Source: Dehalococcoidia bacterium (GTDB lineage Bacteria; Chloroflexota; Dehalococcoidia; UBA2979). From it: DNA of 64,000 nucleotides. The notes beneath the pieces are model-generated. The model was not told where the DNA came from, made no database searches, and saw nothing but the letters and a program-made list of their open reading frames with translations. The position numbers were made by a program, and so were the translations under genes. The stretch lies in the NCBI GenBank assembly GCA_964291495.2, contig OZ219871.1, forward strand, positions 32,001-96,000, given 5' to 3'. Shown one piece after another: positions 59,430 through 64,000 of this stretch; position 1 is the first letter of the stretch, and every line of letters begins with the position of its first letter.

Positions 59430-60752
59430 TTACCCGCAGATGCTGCGCACGGTGTCGTGCAGGATCTGCATGCCCATCCGCAGACCCTCGATCGCGATGC
59501 GCTCGTCGTTGCCGTGCCCGAGCGCCTGGTCCGAGGGCGGCACGAAAACCGGCACGAAGCCGTACGCCGGGTAGCCCATGCGGCGGAACACGCGCGAGTC
59601 CGTGAAGCCCGTCGAGGTCCACGGCACCACGACGGCGTCCTCGACCGTGTTGCGCACCGCCCTCGACAGCGTCTCGTACAGCTCCGAATCGATTGGAGAG
59701 GGCGGGCCGTAGCTGCGCAGCACCACCTCCACCTCCACATCGTCGTCGTCGATCACCTCGACCAGCTCCGCGAGGAAGGCGTCCGGGTCGGCGCCGGGCA
59801 GCAGGCGGCAGTCGAGGGTCGCGGTCGCCCCGGCGGGGATCACGTTGTGCTTCACGCCGGACTGCAGCGTCGTCACCGAGATGGTGTTCCTGAGCAGCGC
59901 CCCGACCCGCGGCTGGCGTGCGGCGACCCGCTCGATCGTCTCCTCGGTCGGCTCCTCATCGAGCAGGCCCGCGGCGTGGAGGCCCTCGAAGTAGGCGCGC
60001 AGTTCCGGGCCGATCCGTGGCGGGCGCTCCCAGTCCTGGATCCGCTGCAGCGCGCGTACGAGGCGGTCGGCGGCGTTGTCCGGCGTCGGGACGGAGCCGT
60101 GACCGGGACGGCCTTGCGTGTTCAGGCGCACCCAGCAGGGGATCTTCTCCGCCACCCCGATCTGCATCAGCGGCCGCTCGACCCCGAACGCGCGCGTGCT
60201 GCCACGCCCGCCCTCGTTGAGTACGCACACGCAGTCGATCACCTCCGGATGCTCGCGCGCGAGGAAGTCGGCTCCGTAGACGCTGCCCGCCTCCTCGTCG
60301 GCGACGGCGATGAAGGTGAGGTCACGGCGCAGCGGGAGCTTGTGGCGGTGGTGCAGCAGGAAGGTGATGAGCTCCATGATGCCCATCCCCTTCATGTCGA
60401 GCGTGCCTCGCCCCCAGATGTAGCCGTCGCTGACCTCGCCCCCGAGCGGGTCGACGGTCCAGTGCTCGCGCTCGAAGGGGACGACGTCGGTGTGGTTGAG
60501 CAGGATCAGCTGCTTGCCGCCCGTGCCGTCGCCGGGCAGCGTGGCGACGAGCGTGCCGCGGCCGGGCGCGTCGGCCGGCTCGTAGACCCGGTAGGGGATG
60601 CCCTCGCGATCGAGGATCTCACCGTAGAACTCACAGGCGCGCGTCTCGTTGCCGGGCGGGTTGACGGTGTCGACGCGGATGTAGGCGGAGAGCAGCTCCG
60701 TCGCTTCCTCGGTCAGCGCGTCCCAGTCCGGCGCGAATCCGTCGTCGGTCAT
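59430..60752 (-). CDS. M20/M25/M40 family metallo-hydrolase
   Basis: TVNPPGNE, NHTDVVP, GRGTLDMKG, DEE, GHGS, FTD, HGNDER. Confidence 0.93.
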   Translation of the reverse strand: MTDDGFAPDWDALTEEATELLSAYIRVDTVNPPGNETRACEFYGEILDREGIPYRVYEPADAPGRGTLVATLPGDGTGGKQLILLNHTDVVPFEREHWTVDPLGGEVSDGYIWGRGTLDMKGMGIMELITFLLHHRHKLPLRRDLTFIAVADEEAGSVYGADFLAREHPEVIDCVCVLNEGGRGSTRAFGVERPLMQIGVAEKIPCWVRLNTQGRPGHGSVPTPDNAADRLVRALQRIQDWERPPRIGPELRAYFEGLHAAGLLDEEPTEETIERVAARQPRVGALLRNTISVTTLQSGVKHNVIPAGATATLDCRLLPGADPDAFLAELVEVIDDDDVEVEVVLRSYGPPSPIDSELYETLSRAVRNTVEDAVVVPWTSTGFTDSRVFRRMGYPAYGFVPVFVPPSDQALGHGNDERIAIEGLRMGMQILHDTVRSICG

Positions 60753-60866
60753 GCCGTCCTCCTCGAGTGCTCGGCGCGCCCCGGCGGCCAGGGATGAGCC
60801 TAGCAGCGACAGGCGCGCGTGCGCTCTCGCATCGTCAATGCGGGCGAGGTCGAGCGGGTGGGTGGA

Positions 60867-60942
60867 TGGAGCGGGGGACGGGTCTCGAACCCGCGACCTT
60901 CTGCTTGGAAGGCAGATGCTCTACCAGCTGAGCTACCCCCGC
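60867..60942 (-). tRNA. tRNA-Gly (TCC)
   Basis: Reverse complement GCGGGGGTAGCTCAGCTGGTAGAGCATCTGCCTTCCAAGCAGAAGGTCGCGGGTTCGAGACCCGTCCCCCGCTCCA; U73 discriminator. Confidence 0.96.
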
Positions 60943-61046
60943 ACCCGCCTAGCCATTGAACGCCCGCCCCGCGCGCGCGGTCAACGCGCGGGGCCGTGGA
61001 GCCTCGGACGCCCTCTGGCCTCGATGGCCGCGCTGGCGCGCGGCGA

Positions 61047-61211
61047 CCCCTCACCCTCCGCCCTCTCCCGCAAGGGGAGAGGGGACCGGATCCCCTTCCG
61101 TCATTCCGGCGGAAGCCGGAATCCAGCTGGGGCAGCGATCGGTTGGTGCGCCCTCGGAGGCTCGGCGAGCGGCTCCCTCACCCCCGCCCTTCCCTCAGGG
61201 AGAGGGGGCCG
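61047..61211. repeat. REP/BIME-like palindrome cluster 3
   Basis: Inverted type B at ~61047 and ~61175 flank GTCATTCCGGCGGAAGCCGGAATCCAG (dRS3/RPE-like hairpin). Confidence 0.8.
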
Positions 61212-61218
61212 AGCGCGG

Positions 61219-62292
61219 TCAGTCGAGGAGGGCGTTGGCGACGGTGCGCAGCGCCTCGCCGGCGCCGCCGAAGCGCAGCGAGGCCTCCTTGCCACGGATC
61301 GTGTGGAAGTAGAGGTCGTACTCCGTGATGAAGCCGATGCCGCCATGCAGCAGGTGGCAGTCCTGCGTCACCTGCGCCACCGTCTGCGCCGTCACTGCCT
61401 TCACGACCGCGATCTGCTCCGGATCCTCGCTGCCCTCGCCGAAGTGCCAGAGCAGCTCATGAACCAGGAAGTTGCTCGCCTGCACCCGCGTCGCGAGGTC
61501 CGCGAGCCGCATCTGCACCGCCTGGAACGACCCGATCGGCCGCCCGAACTGCACCCGCGTCTGCACGTAGTCGACCGTCATGTCGAGCGCTCGCTGCGCG
61601 TGCGCGTACGACTCCAGCGAGGCCAGCGCCGAGCCGAGCCGCCGCAGATCCTCGACCGCCGCCTCGCCCTCGATCCAGGCGTCGGCCCGTGCGCCGGCGT
61701 AGGCGACGATCGCCTGCGGCGTCTTGCCGATGCTCACGAGGTCCTGCTCGATGCTGACGCCCTCGGCGCCGACCGGGACGATCGCGAGGCCGGGCGCGCC
61801 GTTGCGGCTAGCCGCCACGAGGTGCAGGTCGCTGCTGCGCGCGTACTCGACGAAGCGCTTCTCGCCGCTGACTGCACTGTCCTCGTAGCTCGTCGCCAGA
61901 TCGCGCAGCTCGCCGTGGCCCTCGGCGAGGGCGATCGCGACCGTCGCGCCCTCGGCGATGCGGGGCAGCAACTCGGCCTGCAGCGCCTCGTCGCCGTGGC
62001 GCTGCACCACGAGCGCGGCGAGGGCGGTCGGGACGAAGGGCGTGAGGACGGCGTGGCGGCTGAGTTGCTCGACGATCACGGCGAGGTCGAGCAGCGAGCC
62101 GCCCTGGCCGCCGTGTTCCTCGTCGATCGCGAGGCCGGTCCAGCCGAGGTCGACGAGCGTCGACCACAGCGCGCTGTCCGGCTCGCCGGCCTGCTCGATC
62201 TCGCGGACGCGGTCGGCGGGCGCCTCACTCGCGAGGACGTCCTCAGCGTTGCTGCGCAGCAGCTCCTGAAGGTCGGTCCGTTGCAGGTCCAA
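61219..62292 (-). CDS. Acyl-CoA dehydrogenase, short subunit (FadE27/ChsE-like)
   Basis: LGWTGL..EEHGG, RVQFGRPIGSFQAVQ, HGGIGF; 357 aa. Confidence 0.88.
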   Translation of the reverse strand: MDLQRTDLQELLRSNAEDVLASEAPADRVREIEQAGEPDSALWSTLVDLGWTGLAIDEEHGGQGGSLLDLAVIVEQLSRHAVLTPFVPTALAALVVQRHGDEALQAELLPRIAEGATVAIALAEGHGELRDLATSYEDSAVSGEKRFVEYARSSDLHLVAASRNGAPGLAIVPVGAEGVSIEQDLVSIGKTPQAIVAYAGARADAWIEGEAAVEDLRRLGSALASLESYAHAQRALDMTVDYVQTRVQFGRPIGSFQAVQMRLADLATRVQASNFLVHELLWHFGEGSEDPEQIAVVKAVTAQTVAQVTQDCHLLHGGIGFITEYDLYFHTIRGKEASLRFGGAGEALRTVANALLD

Positions 62293-62319
62293 GCTCGGCC
62301 TCTCGCCGCGCGGCGCCGG

Positions 62320-62637
62320 CTAGTCGCGACTGTAGGAAGCCGCTATCCGCCGCTCAATCCAACGCACCAGCCGCAGCGCCCCGACGGCGCCCAGCAGGCC
62401 CCCGCCGATGAACAAGCCACTGCTGGTCTCAACCAGCACCCGGCCCAGCGTAGCCTCGAGAGACGGCCTCGTATCGACGACCGTCCAGGCGCCGAGCCAA
62501 TACGCTATCGCGCCCAGGATCAGCACTGCGATGAACCCCGCCACCAGGTACGGCGTGCTGGTCAGGAGTTCGCCAAGGCCAGAGCCCATGCCGTCTCCGT
62601 TCATGCCTGCGTCCCCGTCATCTGTTGCTTCCGCCAT
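62320..62637 (-). CDS. Small hypothetical membrane protein (2 TM)
   Basis: GGGAGG SD, TG-n-TACAGT extended -10 upstream, weaker GC3 bias than its neighbours. Confidence 0.55.
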   Translation of the reverse strand: MAEATDDGDAGMNGDGMGSGLGELLTSTPYLVAGFIAVLILGAIAYWLGAWTVVDTRPSLEATLGRVLVETSSGLFIGGGLLGAVGALRLVRWIERRIAASYSRD

Positions 62638-62720
62638 CGTAACCTCCCACGTAGGCGTATCACTGTCGTTCGTGACTGTAGCACAGCGCCAGTGACGGCC
62701 AGTCCCTACGTGCGCTGCCG

Positions 62721-63890
62721 CTAGCCGCGCGGCAGGCTGAGGCCGCGCGTGGCGATGATCTGGCGCTGCACGTCGTTCGTGCCGCCCCCGAAACGTGTCG
62801 CCGGCGCGCCGCGCCAGCGCTCCTCGAAGTCACCTCGGAGGGGCGCGACCGGGCCGCTCGCACCCTGCAGCGCGCCCTCCCAGCCGAGCAGGTCCATCGC
62901 CAGGTTACTGACGCGCTCCTTCATGTCGGTCGACCAGACCTTCGTCATCGAGGCCTCCATCGTCGGCGTGTGGCCGCCGTCGATGATCGCCGCGTTGGTC
63001 GTCGCGAGCGCCCTCGCGATCTCGTAGTCGAGCTTCGTCTCGGCCAGCTTCGTGCGCACGATCGGGTCGTCGCGCAGCTCGCTGCGCTCCTCGCGCACGT
63101 AGTCGACCATCAGGTCGAGCACGCGCTTGATCGGCGCGTAGGGGCCGATCGTGACGCGCTCGAGGTCGAGCGCGTTCATGATCGTGTACCAGCCGCGGTT
63201 CTCCTCGCCGACGATCGAGTCGGCGGGGATGCGCACGTCCTCGTAGAAGGTTTCGTTGGTGCGGCCGCCGCCCATCGTCCAGAGCGGGCGCACGGTGATG
63301 CCCGGCGTGTCCATGGGGAAGACGAAGACGGAGATGCCGCGGTGCTTGGGCGCCTCGGGGTCCGTGCGAGCCGCCATGAAGAGGTGGCTCGCGTTGTGCG
63401 CCGCCGAGGTGTAGATCTTCTGGCCGTTGATCACCCACTCGTCGCCGTCGCGGACGGCGCGCGTCTGCAGCGAGGCGAGGTCCGTCCCGGCGTTCGGCTC
63501 GGTGTAGCCAATCGCGAAGTTCATCTCGCCGGTCTGGATCTTCGGCAGCCACTCGCGCTTCTGGCGCTCGTTGCCGAAGCGCATGATCGTCGTGCCGACC
63601 GAGAGCACGGAGAGCGCGTCATACGGCATCCCCCAGTACTCCAGTTCCTCCTTGAGGATGAAGAGGTAGAAGGCGCCCTTGTCCTGGCCGCCGTACTCCT
63701 TCGGCCAGGCCATCGTCGAGAACCCGGCGTCGTCGAGTGCGCTGCGGAAGCGCCGCATCGCGGGGCCATAAACGTAGGTCTCGTGGTACGCCTCGAGCTC
63801 CTCGAGGAGTTCCTCGGTGCGGTGCTCGGCGATGAAGGCGCGCAGATCGTCGCGGAACTGCAGCTGCTCGTCGGTCCAGCCGTAGTGCAT
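62721..63890 (-). CDS. Acyl-CoA dehydrogenase, catalytic subunit (FadE26/ChsE4-like)
   Basis: WPKEYGG, IGYTEPNAGTDLASL, NGQKIYTS, KHRGIS, LDLER (Glu), FGGGTND. Confidence 0.92.
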   Translation of the reverse strand: MHYGWTDEQLQFRDDLRAFIAEHRTEELLEELEAYHETYVYGPAMRRFRSALDDAGFSTMAWPKEYGGQDKGAFYLFILKEELEYWGMPYDALSVLSVGTTIMRFGNERQKREWLPKIQTGEMNFAIGYTEPNAGTDLASLQTRAVRDGDEWVINGQKIYTSAAHNASHLFMAARTDPEAPKHRGISVFVFPMDTPGITVRPLWTMGGGRTNETFYEDVRIPADSIVGEENRGWYTIMNALDLERVTIGPYAPIKRVLDLMVDYVREERSELRDDPIVRTKLAETKLDYEIARALATTNAAIIDGGHTPTMEASMTKVWSTDMKERVSNLAMDLLGWEGALQGASGPVAPLRGDFEERWRGAPATRFGGGTNDVQRQIIATRGLSLPRG

Positions 63891-64000
63891 GCGCACGGCC
63901 CTTTCCCGATGCCCGATTGGCACGCGCATCATACGCACGCCTCACGCTGTGAACGATCCCGGCGCCGGGCGGGCGCCCCCCGTGGGCGCACGTCGCGGTA

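Overview
Very GC-rich, gene-dense bacterial chromosomal window. Gene content (F420-type LLM enzymes, many class III CoA-transferases, amidohydrolases, Liv ABC transporter) suggests Chloroflexota/Dehalococcoidia, but that is inference only. The left part (1-28 kb) is mixed housekeeping and accessory DNA: an MMPL transporter start preceded by a structured intergenic region, ABC1 kinase, P450, HIT, tRNA-Ile2(CAT), a Fur/Zur-box-controlled FAD oxidoreductase plus G-domain-less FeoB-like pair, an amidase with a small partner, a Liv-type ABC operon, citrate synthase, acetyl-CoA synthetase, LLM/ADH/MFS genes and NfuA. The right part (28.7-64 kb) is a large acyl-CoA catabolic region built from a recurring module: four 'Asp-bearing + Asp-less' class III CoA-transferase pairs (two fused, two split), four non-canonical thiolase-fold + DUF35 pairs with four different active-site signatures, a double-hotdog hydratase, a long/short acyl-CoA dehydrogenase pair, LLMs and amidohydrolases. 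It is interrupted by a DUF7662-like/PIN toxin-antitoxin-like pair, two tandem TIMP-like proteins, REP/BIME-like palindrome clusters and tRNA-Gly(TCC). No CRISPR array, rRNA, transposase or integrase was seen. All calls come from reading motifs by eye; no searches were run.
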